Positions 9,345 to 18,679 of a stretch of 64,000 nt of DNA are shown piece after piece. Below the pieces are notes generated by a model. It saw only the letters and a program-made list of their open reading frames with translations. It did no database searches and was not told where the DNA came from. The stretch is from a bacterium (GTDB taxonomy: Bacteria; Krumholzibacteriota; Krumholzibacteriia; LZORAL124-64-63). Made by a program: the position numbers and the translations under genes. How positions within the stretch are numbered: position 1 is the first letter of the stretch; each line of letters begins with the position of its first letter. The stretch spans positions 15,210 to 79,209 of the forward strand of contig JANOEP010000049.1 of assembly GCA_031441465.1 (NCBI GenBank), in the 5' to 3' direction.

Positions 9345-10703
9345 TCACGCCGGATCGCGTTTCAGCCCCGGCAGCAGCACCCCCGCCGACACCAGCAGTC
9401 CCGGGAAGATGGGCTCGACGCCCAGCCAGGGCCCGCCGCTCCCCAGCGCCAACCAGGCCAGCGAGACGCCGCCGGCGGCCAGCATCGAGGCGGTGGCGCG
9501 GCCCACCCTGGGCCGCCAGCGCGTGTAGCCGAGCATGATCGGCAGCAGCAGCACGGGCGTGCCCACGCTGCCGAGGTGGTGCCAAAGGCCGATCACCGAT
9601 CCCGACCACAGGGCCAGGACGACCGCGAGGACCGACGTCGCGAGCAGACCGATGCGCACGGCCGTCATGGTGCCCGGATCGTCGGCGGGCGGGCCGCCGC
9701 GCCGCAACCGCAGCCAGACGTCGCGGCCGGCGGTGATGGCGGCGATGAAGGCGTAGGAATCGACCGTGGACATGATCGTCGCCAGCAGGCTGGTCAGGAA
9801 CAGTCCCTGCAGCAACGGCGGCAGGACCGCCGCGGCCAGCCGCGGGAACGCGGCCACCGGATCCTCCAGGCCCGGCAGCACGGCGCGCGCGTAGAGCCCC
9901 GAGGTGGTGGTCAGGAAGTCGAAGAACACCCAGAACAGGATCGAGACGAGCAGGCCGCGCCGGGCCGTGCGCTCGTCGCGCGCGGCGCAGCAGCGCTGGT
10001 AGAAGGCCGGCTCGACCAGGGTCGTGGCCGCGATCACGTACCAGATCGCCACGGCCTGGAAGCCGCGGCCGCCGTGCCAGGTCAGGTGCTGCGGCGGCAG
10101 CGCGTCGCGCAGGAAATCCCAGCCCCCGAACTTCGCGACGCACACCGGCACCAGCACCATGAAGCCCAGGAACATCAGGACGAACTGCACGATCTCGGTG
10201 CCGACCACCGCGCGCAGGCCCCCGCGCACCACGTAGCCCACCGACAGCACCATGCCCAGCACGGCGCCGAGCCACAGCGGCCAGCCCAGGGCCATCTCGA
10301 CCAGCACGCCCATCATCAGCACGTAGGGCGCCGGCACCGTCATCACGAAGATCACGGCCGCGCCCAGCGCCGCGGCGCGCGTGCCGTAGCGCTCCTGCAG
10401 CAGGTCGGGCATGGTCAGCGCCCGGCCGCGGCGCGCACGGCCGGCCAGCACGAGCGCGAAGACCAGGGCGTAGAGGTAGTAGGGCGCCCCGAACACGAGC
10501 CAGTTGCTGACGCCGTAGGTCCAGGCGTACTCGCCGACGCCCAGGATGCCGCCGTACCAGGTCGAGACCGTGGTCGCCACGAAGGCGGGCAGCGTCAGGC
10601 GCCGGCCGGCGAGGAGGTAGTCGGTCTCGTCGCGGGCCGGCGTCCGGAACAGGCGCAGCACCGCGTAGGCCAGGAACAGGGCGTAGGCGACGACGATGAT
10701 CAT
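9345..10703 (-). CDS. Sodium:solute symporter family protein, probably a thiamine or thiamine-precursor transporter
   Basis: DYLLAGR, TMPDLLQERYG, GGLRAVV, YQRCCAAR, LATIMSTVDS (SSS family motifs); last gene of the TPP-riboswitch operon. Confidence 0.82.
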   Translation of the reverse strand: MIIVVAYALFLAYAVLRLFRTPARDETDYLLAGRRLTLPAFVATTVSTWYGGILGVGEYAWTYGVSNWLVFGAPYYLYALVFALVLAGRARRGRALTMPDLLQERYGTRAAALGAAVIFVMTVPAPYVLMMGVLVEMALGWPLWLGAVLGMVLSVGYVVRGGLRAVVGTEIVQFVLMFLGFMVLVPVCVAKFGGWDFLRDALPPQHLTWHGGRGFQAVAIWYVIAATTLVEPAFYQRCCAARDERTARRGLLVSILFWVFFDFLTTTSGLYARAVLPGLEDPVAAFPRLAAAVLPPLLQGLFLTSLLATIMSTVDSYAFIAAITAGRDVWLRLRRGGPPADDPGTMTAVRIGLLATSVLAVVLALWSGSVIGLWHHLGSVGTPVLLLPIMLGYTRWRPRVGRATASMLAAGGVSLAWLALGSGGPWLGVEPIFPGLLVSAGVLLPGLKRDPA

Positions 10704-11413
10704 GGGATCGCCGCACCCGCGACCAATCCGCCGCGGCGCACCACCACCAGCAGCGAGCCCGCCCCGACCGTCAGACGGACGGGCCCGTCGGCGACCTCGT
10801 TGGAAACGGTGGCCGGACCGCGGCCGTCCACCACGGCGTCCCGCAGGGGGTAGCGGACGCCGCTGATCGTGACGCTGTGCGCGCCGCCCGGCAGCGGCAG
10901 CAGCGAGAGCGCGGTGCCGACGGGCAGGTCCCAGACGAACGACTCGCCTGAGCCCGCCCTGACCGCCGCCGTCCCGGCGTCCGCCAGCAACAGGCGCAGG
11001 CGACCGGCCCAACGCTCCGGCAGCAACGCGTTGTGCAGCGCGTGGTCGAGCAAGCCGCCGCCCGCACCCAGCAGCACGGCCTCGCGGCAGCCCTCGCGCT
11101 CGGCGAACTCCAGGGCCTTCTCCGCGTCGGTCGTGTCCTCCCTCGTGTCGCGCACCACCCGCACGCTGTCCGGCACGTCACGGACGCCCTCGCCCAGGGT
11201 GTCGAGGTCGCCGACGATCGCGTCCGGCAGGCGCGGCAACCGGGCGTAGGGGCGGCCCGCCGCGTCGGCGCAGAGGAAGAGGTCGGCCGCCGCCAGGTGC
11301 GCGGCCAGCAGGTGCGGCGGTGGGGGATCGCCATCGGCCAGCACGACGGCGCGCCGGCCGCGCTTCGGCAGCAGGATTCCGTCGAAGCCGACCGGTGTCC
11401 CGTCAGAAGTCAT
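10700..11413 (-). CDS. thiN: Thiamine pyrophosphokinase
   Basis: LCADAA, IVGDLD, EDTTDAEKAL, GGLLDHALHN, GVRYPL, VSNE motifs. Confidence 0.85.
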   Translation of the reverse strand: MTSDGTPVGFDGILLPKRGRRAVVLADGDPPPPHLLAAHLAAADLFLCADAAGRPYARLPRLPDAIVGDLDTLGEGVRDVPDSVRVVRDTREDTTDAEKALEFAEREGCREAVLLGAGGGLLDHALHNALLPERWAGRLRLLLADAGTAAVRAGSGESFVWDLPVGTALSLLPLPGGAHSVTISGVRYPLRDAVVDGRGPATVSNEVADGPVRLTVGAGSLLVVVRRGGLVAGAAIP

Positions 11414-13673
11414 AGCGCACGCCCGTCTGGAAGTTGCGGCCGGCGGCGGGGATCAACCAGCGGCCGTCGTACCAGTAGCCGTTGGTCTCGTACTCGGCGT
11501 CCAGGACGTTGCGCACGTCCAGGGAGAGGCGCGCGCCGCGCAGGCCGGGCGCGTATCCGGCCAGATCCAGGCCCGCGCTCAGGTCGAGGGTCGCGTAGCC
11601 GTCGATCGTGCGCGCGTCGAGGCCCGTGGCGTCGAGGTGCTGACGGCCCACGCTGCGCAGGCGCAGGCGGGTGTCGAGGGCGCCGAAGTCCGACGCCAGG
11701 GTCAGGCTCGCGAGGTGGTTCGGGAACAGAGGGATCGGGTTGCCGGCGTCATCGAAGCTGCCGCTCTCCCCGTTGGGACCGATGGTCGCGATGTAGGCGT
11801 CGAACTCGTCCCAGCTGCGCGAGGCGGCGAGGCGCAGTTCGTGCCGTGGCGCCAGGCGCGCGGTCAGGCCCAGTTCCAGGCCGCGGTGTAGGGTGCGTTC
11901 GGCGTTGCCGCGGATCGCGGCGCCGTCATCGTCGACCGCGCCGTAGGGGACGATCTCGTTCGTGAAATCCATCCAGTACCCGTTGAGAGTCCAGCTCAGA
12001 CGATCGTTGCGCCACGACCAGCCCAGCTCCCAGTCGACGGCCTTCTCCTCGCGCACGTAGGGATCGGACCACTGCAGGTATTCGGGATTGCCGTCTCCGT
12101 CTTCGTCCACCTCGCGGCTGGTGCGGAACAGAGGCGCGACGCCCAGGTCGTCGGGCCCGTACCAGGTGTCGTACAGCTCGCCGTCGGTCGGCTCGCGGCG
12201 CGTCACGCCGACGTGGAGGTACGTCGTCGCGCGCCCACCCCAGGGCCGCGTCGGCAGTTCCCAGTGCACGCCGCCCTTGGGGTTGAACCAGTTGTACTCC
12301 ACCTCGTAGGCGTGCCGGTCCTCGCCGGTGAAGTTGCCCAGCTCGGCCTGTCGGAAGGCGTACTCCTTGTGCTGGAGCTGCAGGTCGGCGATCAGGGTCA
12401 GGCCCGGCGCCGCCTCGATCATCGTGTTGACGAAGACGCTCTGCGCCTGCTTATCGCCGGTGTAGCGGTAGTAGTCCACGCCCCGCAGGCCGTCGACGAC
12501 GCCCGCGACCGACAGCACGTCGCCGTGGTGGTCGCTGTGGAAGTCGTACAGGTCGCCGCCGAGGATCGTGCGGCCGCCGCCGTGGCGGATCTCCAGGTGC
12601 GGCACCCAGCCGAGCTGGTCCTTGTCCACGATCTTGCGGCGCACGAGGTCGACCGCGTCGTCCGCTCCCAGGCCGAGGCTGCGGTCGAGGCTGTAATCCC
12701 CGGCCCGCACCCCTGCCTTGAGGTTCTCGTAGAAGCCCTCGCCGTGGATCAGGTAGGCGGCCTGCACGAGGGTCACGCGGTCGGACAGCTCCCAGCGGTG
12801 GTGCAGTTCGTAGTGGGGCTGCCGGAAGTCGTCGACGGCGTGCGGGTAGGTCTCGGGGTTGGCGCGCCGGTCGATCAGCAGATCCGCTTCCGCGGCCGCG
12901 TTCCAGCCGTGCTTGCTCACCTCGTGGCCGGTGTAGAAGTTGGCCTGCAGCGACTGGTTCACGCCGGCCCAGCGCCCGCTCCAGAACGCGCCCCACAGGC
13001 GGCTGCCGGTGCGGTCGCGGTAGCCGTCGCTGAGGATGCGCGACCAGCGGACGGCGCTGCTGAAACCGTTGCCGACCAGGCCGGTCTGCCAGGCGGCCGA
13101 CCCGCGCCAGGTGCCGAAGCTGCCCCCCTGCAGCGCGACGCGGCCGGAGGCTTCGTCGTCGAGCTGCTCGGTGACCAGGTTCACGGTGCCGCCGACGGCG
13201 GTCGTCGCGCCCAGGGAGTTGGTGATCCCGCGCTGCACCTGGACGTCCTCCAGCGATGCCGCCAGGTCGGGCACGTCCACCCAGTAGACCTGGTGATCCT
13301 CGGGATCGTTCAGGGGGATGCCGTTGATCATCACACCCACGCGTTTCTGGTCGAAGCCGCGGATGTTCAGGTAGGTGTAGCCGACGCCGTTGCCGGCGTC
13401 CGAGGTGGCGTGCAGCCCCGGAGTGTCCTCGAGCAGCAGGGGCAGGTCGGCGGCGCCGAGGCGGTCCTGCAGTTCCGCGGCGGTGATGTTCTGCTGGCTG
13501 AGGCGGACCTCCCCGCCGTACCGCGAGGCGGTGACGACGACCTCGGGCGCCCAGTCGAGGTCGAGTGTGTCGGGGAGTGCGTCGTGCGGGTCCGACGCCG
13601 AGGCGGCGACGGCGAGCAGGAGGCAGCCGAGGGCCGCCGCACGGGGGCCGACGGCGACCAGGAGACGCGCCAT
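11403..13673 (-). CDS. TonB-dependent receptor, thiamine-type
   Basis: EVVVTASR, plug SDAGNGVGYTYLNIRGFDQ...NGIPLNDPEDHQVYWVD, C-term GRNFQTGVRYDF; directly downstream of a TPP riboswitch. Confidence 0.88.
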   Translation of the reverse strand: MARLLVAVGPRAAALGCLLLAVAASASDPHDALPDTLDLDWAPEVVVTASRYGGEVRLSQQNITAAELQDRLGAADLPLLLEDTPGLHATSDAGNGVGYTYLNIRGFDQKRVGVMINGIPLNDPEDHQVYWVDVPDLAASLEDVQVQRGITNSLGATTAVGGTVNLVTEQLDDEASGRVALQGGSFGTWRGSAAWQTGLVGNGFSSAVRWSRILSDGYRDRTGSRLWGAFWSGRWAGVNQSLQANFYTGHEVSKHGWNAAAEADLLIDRRANPETYPHAVDDFRQPHYELHHRWELSDRVTLVQAAYLIHGEGFYENLKAGVRAGDYSLDRSLGLGADDAVDLVRRKIVDKDQLGWVPHLEIRHGGGRTILGGDLYDFHSDHHGDVLSVAGVVDGLRGVDYYRYTGDKQAQSVFVNTMIEAAPGLTLIADLQLQHKEYAFRQAELGNFTGEDRHAYEVEYNWFNPKGGVHWELPTRPWGGRATTYLHVGVTRREPTDGELYDTWYGPDDLGVAPLFRTSREVDEDGDGNPEYLQWSDPYVREEKAVDWELGWSWRNDRLSWTLNGYWMDFTNEIVPYGAVDDDGAAIRGNAERTLHRGLELGLTARLAPRHELRLAASRSWDEFDAYIATIGPNGESGSFDDAGNPIPLFPNHLASLTLASDFGALDTRLRLRSVGRQHLDATGLDARTIDGYATLDLSAGLDLAGYAPGLRGARLSLDVRNVLDAEYETNGYWYDGRWLIPAAGRNFQTGVRYDF

Positions 13674-13712
13674 GGTGGTTCCTTCCTTACGGGCCGTGGA
13701 ACCGGCGGCGAT

Positions 13713-13744
13713 AAAAAAACGCCGGCTCCGTCGAGGGGGCCGGC
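13713..13744 (-). terminator. Terminator hairpin in the riboswitch expression platform
   Basis: Minus strand GCCGGC-C-CC...GG-A-GCCGGC followed by GTTTTTTT, between the aptamer and the receptor start codon. Confidence 0.7.
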
Positions 13745-13766
13745 CGCATGGCGGTCGTTGCAGATT

Positions 13767-13843
13767 CCCGTTTCCCTACGCCGGCATGACCCGGTTCAGG
13801 TTCCAAGGGTCTCTCTCAGGCCTGAAAGGCCACCCCTAACGGT
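13767..13843 (-). ncRNA. TPP riboswitch (THI element)
   Basis: Minus strand TAGGGGTG...GGCCTGAGAGAGACCCTTGGAACCTGAACCGGGTCATGCCGGCGTAGGGAA matches the CUGAGA / ACCUGA / AUGCxxGCGxAGG consensus. Confidence 0.93.
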
Positions 13844-13853
13844 TGACCCGTTC

Positions 13854-13882
13854 ACCATAGGTCGGCCGCTGGGGCGTGTCAA
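13854..13882 (-). promoter_or_regulatory. Sigma70 promoter of the thiamine operon
   Basis: Minus strand TTGACA-17 bp-TATGGT immediately upstream of the riboswitch. Confidence 0.7.
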
Positions 13883-13955
13883 GAGATGGCGGGGCGGCGG
13901 GGGTCGTGTTAACGTCTGGTTCCGACTGCGGAATTGTCGCGAACGGAGCCGCGAA

Positions 13956-14393
13956 TTGAACGACCTGATCGCCGGCCCCGCCGGCCCGACCCTGGAACTG
14001 CTGCGCAACGCGCGCCTGTTCGTGAGGCGTCCGGGAGCCTTGGCCCTGCTCGAGCGCGAGCGGACGGCCCGGATCCGGCTGACGACGGACCAGATCCACC
14101 ATCCGGACACCCCGGGCGACTACGTGGTCCGGCACGGCCGGTTGCGCCTGTCGGAATTCCTGGCGGACGGCCGCGAAGTCTGCCGGGCGGTGCTGCAGAC
14201 AGGTTTTTCCTTCACGATTCACGGTCCTGCCGCGACTGCGCGGCCCGGAACGCCGCTGGACGTCTGCGTGCTGATGGCCTTGGGCGACGTCGAACTCTGG
14301 CGACTGCCGGCCGGATCGTTCGGGCGGCTGGACGTGACCTCCGGCCAACTCCGCGACCGGCACCTCGCCCACGACCTCGAGGAGAACCGATGA
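13956..14393 (+). CDS. Small protein with a degenerate cyclic-nucleotide-binding (Crp effector)-like domain
   Basis: TTG start after GGAG; YVVRHGRLRLSEFLADGREVCRAVLQTG resembles the cNMP beta-roll; stop overlaps the gpmI ATG (ATGA). Confidence 0.5.
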   Translation: MNDLIAGPAGPTLELLRNARLFVRRPGALALLERERTARIRLTTDQIHHPDTPGDYVVRHGRLRLSEFLADGREVCRAVLQTGFSFTIHGPAATARPGTPLDVCVLMALGDVELWRLPAGSFGRLDVTSGQLRDRHLAHDLEENR

Positions 14394-15964
14394 CCGACCG
14401 CCGCCGCCCCCACACCCCGCTGGTCCTGTGCATCCTGGACGGTTTCGGCTGGCGCCGCGGTCCCGGCTCCGAATACGGCAACGCCATCGCGTTGGCGAAA
14501 CCGGCGTACTACGAGAGCCTGCTGGGCGAGTACCCGCACACGACGCTGCATTGCCACGGGCTCGAAGTGGGCTTGCCCGAAGGCCAGATGGGCAACAGTG
14601 AGGTGGGGCACCTGACGATCGGCTCCGGCCGCGTCATCGACCAGGACCTCAACCTGGTGACGCGCAGCCTCGCGAGCGGCGCCTTTGCCGAGCACCCCGT
14701 CTGGCGACGTCTCGTTTCGGAACTGAAGGAGCGGGGGGGACGGCTGCACCTGCTGGGCCTGGTTTCCGACGGCGGCGTCCACTCTCACGTCGAACATCTG
14801 AAGGAGATCATCCGGATCGCGGCCGGCCAAGGCGTCGGCGAGATCTTCATCCACGCCTTCCTGGACGGGCGCGACACCGACCCCCACGGCGGCCTGCAAT
14901 ACGTGCGGGATCTGGAAGCCGAACTGGCCGGGATCGGCCGGGGACGGATCGCCACCGTCGGCGGCCGCTACTACGCCATGGACCGCGACCAACGCTGGGA
15001 CCGGGTCGAGAAGGCCTGGCGTGCGCTGGTCCACGGCGAGGGGGAGAAGGCGTCCGACGCCGCGGCGGCGATCCGGCGTTCCTACGAGGGCGGGGTCACC
15101 GACGAGTTCATGCTCCCGACCGTGATCGTCGATGCGGGCGACGCCCCCCTGGCGACGGTCCGCGACGGCGATGCCGTCTTCTTCTGGAATTTCCGCTCCG
15201 ACCGGGCCCGCGAGCTGACCTGGGCGTTCAACGTGGACGGTTTCGACGGCTTCCCGCGGCCGATCCGCCCCGCCGTGGACTACCTGTGCATGACGGTCTA
15301 CGACGAGAGTCTGGGCCTGCCGGTGATGTTCGACCCCGAGGCGCCCCGCGACCTGCTGGCCGACGTCTTCGCCGCGCACGGGGTGACCAACCTGCGCACC
15401 GCCGAGACCGAGAAGTACGCCCACGTGACCTACTTCTTCAACGGCGGGCGCGAAGAGCCGTTCGCGGGCGAGGACCGGCGGCTCGTCCCCTCGCCGAAGG
15501 TCGCCACCTACGACCTGCAGCCGGAGATGAGCGCACCGGCCGTCGCGGGGATCGTCCTGGAGGCGCTGGCGGCCGGCCGGCATGAAGTGATCGTGGTGAA
15601 CTTCGCCAACGGCGACATGGTGGGCCACACCGGCGTGCTGGAAGCGGCGGTGGCGGCGGTCCGCACCCTCGACGGGTTGCTGGCGCGGATCGTGCCGGCG
15701 GTGCTGGAGCGCGACGGCGTCCTGCTGCTGACCGCCGACCACGGCAACTGCGAGGAGATGATCGCCCCGGACGGGCGCGTCTTGACCAATCACACCCTGA
15801 ACGACGTGCCCTTCGTCGTGGTCGGCCGGGAATTTGCCGGCCGCCGCGGCATCCTGTCGGCACGCGACGACGCCGGTCTGCGGGACATCGCCCCGACCAT
15901 GCTCGACCTGCTCGGGCTGCCCCAGCCGGAGGCCATGACCGGCAGGTCTCTGCTGACTACTTGA
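14390..15964 (+). CDS. gpmI: 2,3-bisphosphoglycerate-independent phosphoglycerate mutase
   Basis: ILDGFG, GQMGNSEVGH, SDGGVHSH, DGRD, GRYYAMDRD, ETEKYAHVT, DMVGHTG, TADHGN. Confidence 0.95.
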   Translation: MTDRRRPHTPLVLCILDGFGWRRGPGSEYGNAIALAKPAYYESLLGEYPHTTLHCHGLEVGLPEGQMGNSEVGHLTIGSGRVIDQDLNLVTRSLASGAFAEHPVWRRLVSELKERGGRLHLLGLVSDGGVHSHVEHLKEIIRIAAGQGVGEIFIHAFLDGRDTDPHGGLQYVRDLEAELAGIGRGRIATVGGRYYAMDRDQRWDRVEKAWRALVHGEGEKASDAAAAIRRSYEGGVTDEFMLPTVIVDAGDAPLATVRDGDAVFFWNFRSDRARELTWAFNVDGFDGFPRPIRPAVDYLCMTVYDESLGLPVMFDPEAPRDLLADVFAAHGVTNLRTAETEKYAHVTYFFNGGREEPFAGEDRRLVPSPKVATYDLQPEMSAPAVAGIVLEALAAGRHEVIVVNFANGDMVGHTGVLEAAVAAVRTLDGLLARIVPAVLERDGVLLLTADHGNCEEMIAPDGRVLTNHTLNDVPFVVVGREFAGRRGILSARDDAGLRDIAPTMLDLLGLPQPEAMTGRSLLTT

Positions 15965-16202
15965 TTATGAATAATTAAATTCAACATTATGAGCCGGTTT
16001 CCGGCCCATCGCGCCACATCATATGAAAAAACCGTGAAGTTGTAGACAAATCAGAGGCTTCGATGTATCATCTTGCGAGCACAGAGTTCGTGGGCCGCGA
16101 TCCACTTTCCACGCTTCATAATCCTGAACTTGACGCCTGGATCCGACTCCCACTCGTGCCCTGCGCGGGAAACGTGTGTCCGAAGCAGAGGAGACAGAAA
16201 GC

Positions 16203-18122
16203 ATGAAACGAACGCTCCAGAGCGCCGTGGCGCTCGCCGTTGTCGTGTGCGTGGCGGGGATCGCCGCCGCCCAGACGATCGACGACATCCAGTACTACAA
16301 TCCCACGACCGGCGCGCCGGCCAGCCCCTACAACGGCACGACCCAGACCGTCGAGGGCCGGGTCTACGTCGTCAAGGGCACCTACAACGCCGGCAGCCAC
16401 TACATCATCGACAACTCCGGCAACGGCATCGCCTTCTTCAACTCGGCGGCGCCCCCGCTGACCTACGGCGACCGCGTCTCGGTCACCGGCACGGTGGGCA
16501 TTTTCCAGGGCGAGATCCAGCTCTCTCCCGCGCCGACGGTGACCTTCCTCGGCGCCGAGGCCGCCCCGGTGCCGGTCGTGATGACGATCGCCCAGGCCAA
16601 GTCCGACTACGAGAACGTGGGCAAGTTCGTCTCGATCGCCGGCACGATCGCGACCCCGGTGGCTTCCAACCAGTTCAGGATGAACGCCGGCACCGACACC
16701 ATCATCGTCTATGTCGACACCGATACCGGCATCAACACCGGCGGCGTCGCGGTGGGCGACAGCTACCGGATCCTCGCCCCGCTGGTCAACTTCACGGGCG
16801 GCATCATGGAGCTGAAGCCCCGTCGCCAGAGCGACCTCATCGAGGGCACGGGCCCGATCATCGACGTGATCAACTGCACCGACTGGACCCCGCTGGCCAG
16901 CGACCCGATCACCGTCACCTCGACGATCACCGACGACGTCGCCGTGACCTCCGCAGCGCTCTACTACCGCGACGACTCCGGCGACAGCACCGGCGTCTTC
17001 CTGAGCGTCGCCATGTCCAACCTCGGCGCCAACGTGTGGTCGGGCACGATCCCCGGCGGCACCCTGGGCCGCCAGGTCGACTTCTACGTCCGCGCGCTGG
17101 ACGGCAACGGCAACATCTCGCTGAACCCGGGCGACGCCCCGGCCGGCTGGTACGAGGTCGCGGTGGGCATCACGTCCATCCACGACGTGCAGTACGTCAA
17201 CCCCGCGACCACCCCGCAGAACTCGCCGTTCACGGGCCGCGTCGTCAACGTGCAGGGCATCGTCACGGCCGGCACCGGCGACGCCGGTTCGACCAGCAAG
17301 TTCATCATGCAGGACGGCGCGGGCACCTACAGCGGACTGCTCTGCTACGAGGGGACCGCCGCCAACTTCCTGCTGCCCGGCGACGAGGTCCAGGTCGGCG
17401 GCTACATCGAGGAGTACTTCGGCCTGACCGAGATGAACCCGCACAACGGGACGGCGATCGAGTACATCTCCTTCGAGAACGCCCTGCCCACCTACCACCA
17501 GGTGCACACCGTCGTGCTGTCCGACGACACGTCGCCCGGCGGTTACCTGGGCGAGGCCTACGAGAGCGTCCTGGTGCGCACGTTCTCCTCGACCGTGCTC
17601 GACACCCTGGGCTCGGCCGTGTACAGCGAGTTTCTGTGCTCCGACACCGGCGTCCGCGCCGACTCGCTGGTCGTCAACGCCGCCTTCAACATGGTGTACA
17701 ACCCGGTCATCGGCGACCTGGTCACGGCGAAGGGCTTCATGGACTACGCCTTCGGCGAGTTCCAGCTGGTCCCCTTGCGCGACGAGGACATCGTGGTCGG
17801 CGCCACGGCCGTCGACGACGGCCTGCCCCACGTCCTGCCCGCGGGCGGGTTCTCGAGCGTCATGCCGAACCCGTTCAACCCCAAGACGGAGATCCGCTTC
17901 GTCCTGACGCGGGACAACCTGACGCAGCTGAACATCTACAACATCCGCGGCGAGCTGGTCTCCACGCTCGTCAACGAGCGCCTCCAGGGCAGCGGCGAGC
18001 GCGTCGTGACCTGGGACGGCACCGACAACGCCGGCCAGCAGGTGGCCAGCGGCACCTACTTCGCCCGTCTGCGCATCGGCGGCGACGTGCTGCAGGTCCG
18101 CAAGCTCATGCTGGTGAAGTAG
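16203..18122 (+). CDS. Secreted protein with YhcR/ExeM-like OB-fold domains and a FlgD/T9SS-like C-terminal domain
   Basis: Signal peptide; TIDDIQ and TSIHDVQ OB-fold repeats; linker TAVDD; PNPFNPKTEIRF...IYNIRGELV...WDGTDNAGQQVASGTYFARL...KLMLVK. Confidence 0.8.
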   Translation: MKRTLQSAVALAVVVCVAGIAAAQTIDDIQYYNPTTGAPASPYNGTTQTVEGRVYVVKGTYNAGSHYIIDNSGNGIAFFNSAAPPLTYGDRVSVTGTVGIFQGEIQLSPAPTVTFLGAEAAPVPVVMTIAQAKSDYENVGKFVSIAGTIATPVASNQFRMNAGTDTIIVYVDTDTGINTGGVAVGDSYRILAPLVNFTGGIMELKPRRQSDLIEGTGPIIDVINCTDWTPLASDPITVTSTITDDVAVTSAALYYRDDSGDSTGVFLSVAMSNLGANVWSGTIPGGTLGRQVDFYVRALDGNGNISLNPGDAPAGWYEVAVGITSIHDVQYVNPATTPQNSPFTGRVVNVQGIVTAGTGDAGSTSKFIMQDGAGTYSGLLCYEGTAANFLLPGDEVQVGGYIEEYFGLTEMNPHNGTAIEYISFENALPTYHQVHTVVLSDDTSPGGYLGEAYESVLVRTFSSTVLDTLGSAVYSEFLCSDTGVRADSLVVNAAFNMVYNPVIGDLVTAKGFMDYAFGEFQLVPLRDEDIVVGATAVDDGLPHVLPAGGFSSVMPNPFNPKTEIRFVLTRDNLTQLNIYNIRGELVSTLVNERLQGSGERVVTWDGTDNAGQQVASGTYFARLRIGGDVLQVRKLMLVK

Positions 18123-18150
18123 CCGGTTTTCGACTGCTTCGAGGACGCAC

Positions 18151-18182
18151 GGAAGCCCCGGCCCCGCGGCCGGGGCTTTCCC
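18151..18182 (+). terminator. Intrinsic terminator
   Basis: Hairpin AAGCCCCGGCC-ccgc-GGCCGGGGCTT followed by pyrimidines. Confidence 0.7.
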
Positions 18183-18250
18183 TTGCTGTTTCAATCTTCA
18201 TTGATTAATCTGGAATGACCGATTTCGACACTCCAGCGAGGAAGTGCGAC

Positions 18251-18607
18251 GTGAACGAGTTGATCCGGATCTCCGACGCGGCGGCGGACGCCTTCGGCGC
18301 CCTCGACCTGCCGCCGGACGGCCCGCAAGCCGTCCGCCTCTACTTCCAGGGCTTCGGCTGAGGAGGTCCCGCCGTGGGCATGGCTCTGGACGAGCCGAAG
18401 GACGACGACAGGACGGTCACGACACAAACCCTGGACTTCATCATGGCGCCCGACGTGGTGTCGGTCGTCGAGCAGGGGGGCGGCATCGTCATCGACTACG
18501 TCGACGACGGCGTGCGCAAAGGCTACACGCTGAACCTGGCCGACCGCCTCGGCGGTGCCGGCGACGAATGCGGCGGCGGCAGCTGCGGCAGCGGGGGCTG
18601 CGGCTGA
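18251..18607 (+). CDS. HesB/IscA-like selenoprotein (in-frame UGA = Sec at 18359-18361)
   Basis: GTG 18251 reads MNELIRISDAAA...VRLYFQGFG-UGA-GGPAVGMALDEPKDDD...IDY; the G-U-GGP...LDEP pattern is that of HesB-like selenoproteins; hairpin GGCTC-tggac-GAGCC just downstream. Confidence 0.85.
18362..18400 (+). promoter_or_regulatory. Candidate bacterial SECIS element
   Basis: Stem GGCTC/GAGCC (18382-18396) with a G-containing apical loop about 25 nt after the UGA. Confidence 0.6.
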
Positions 18608-18633
18608 CCGGAACCTTGAACCTCGATTCAGCA

Positions 18634-18661
18634 AGCGGGGAGGGGCGACCCTCCCCGCCTT
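18634..18661 (+). terminator. Terminator-like hairpin after the HesB-like gene
   Basis: GCGGGGAGGG-gcga-CCCTCCCCGC. Confidence 0.6.
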
Positions 18662-18679
18662 CGCTCTCAACTACTGATT

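Noticed and set aside
15968..15983. TGAATAATTAAATTCA as an ArgR box
   Set aside because: The half-site spacing is 6 bp rather than 4 bp and it is far from arcA; kept only as part of an AT-rich patch
18374..18607. 77-aa ORF as a complete gene, or the upstream TGA as a pseudogene lesion
   Set aside because: The TGA falls exactly at the conserved Cys/Sec column of HesB-like proteins and is followed by a SECIS-like hairpin
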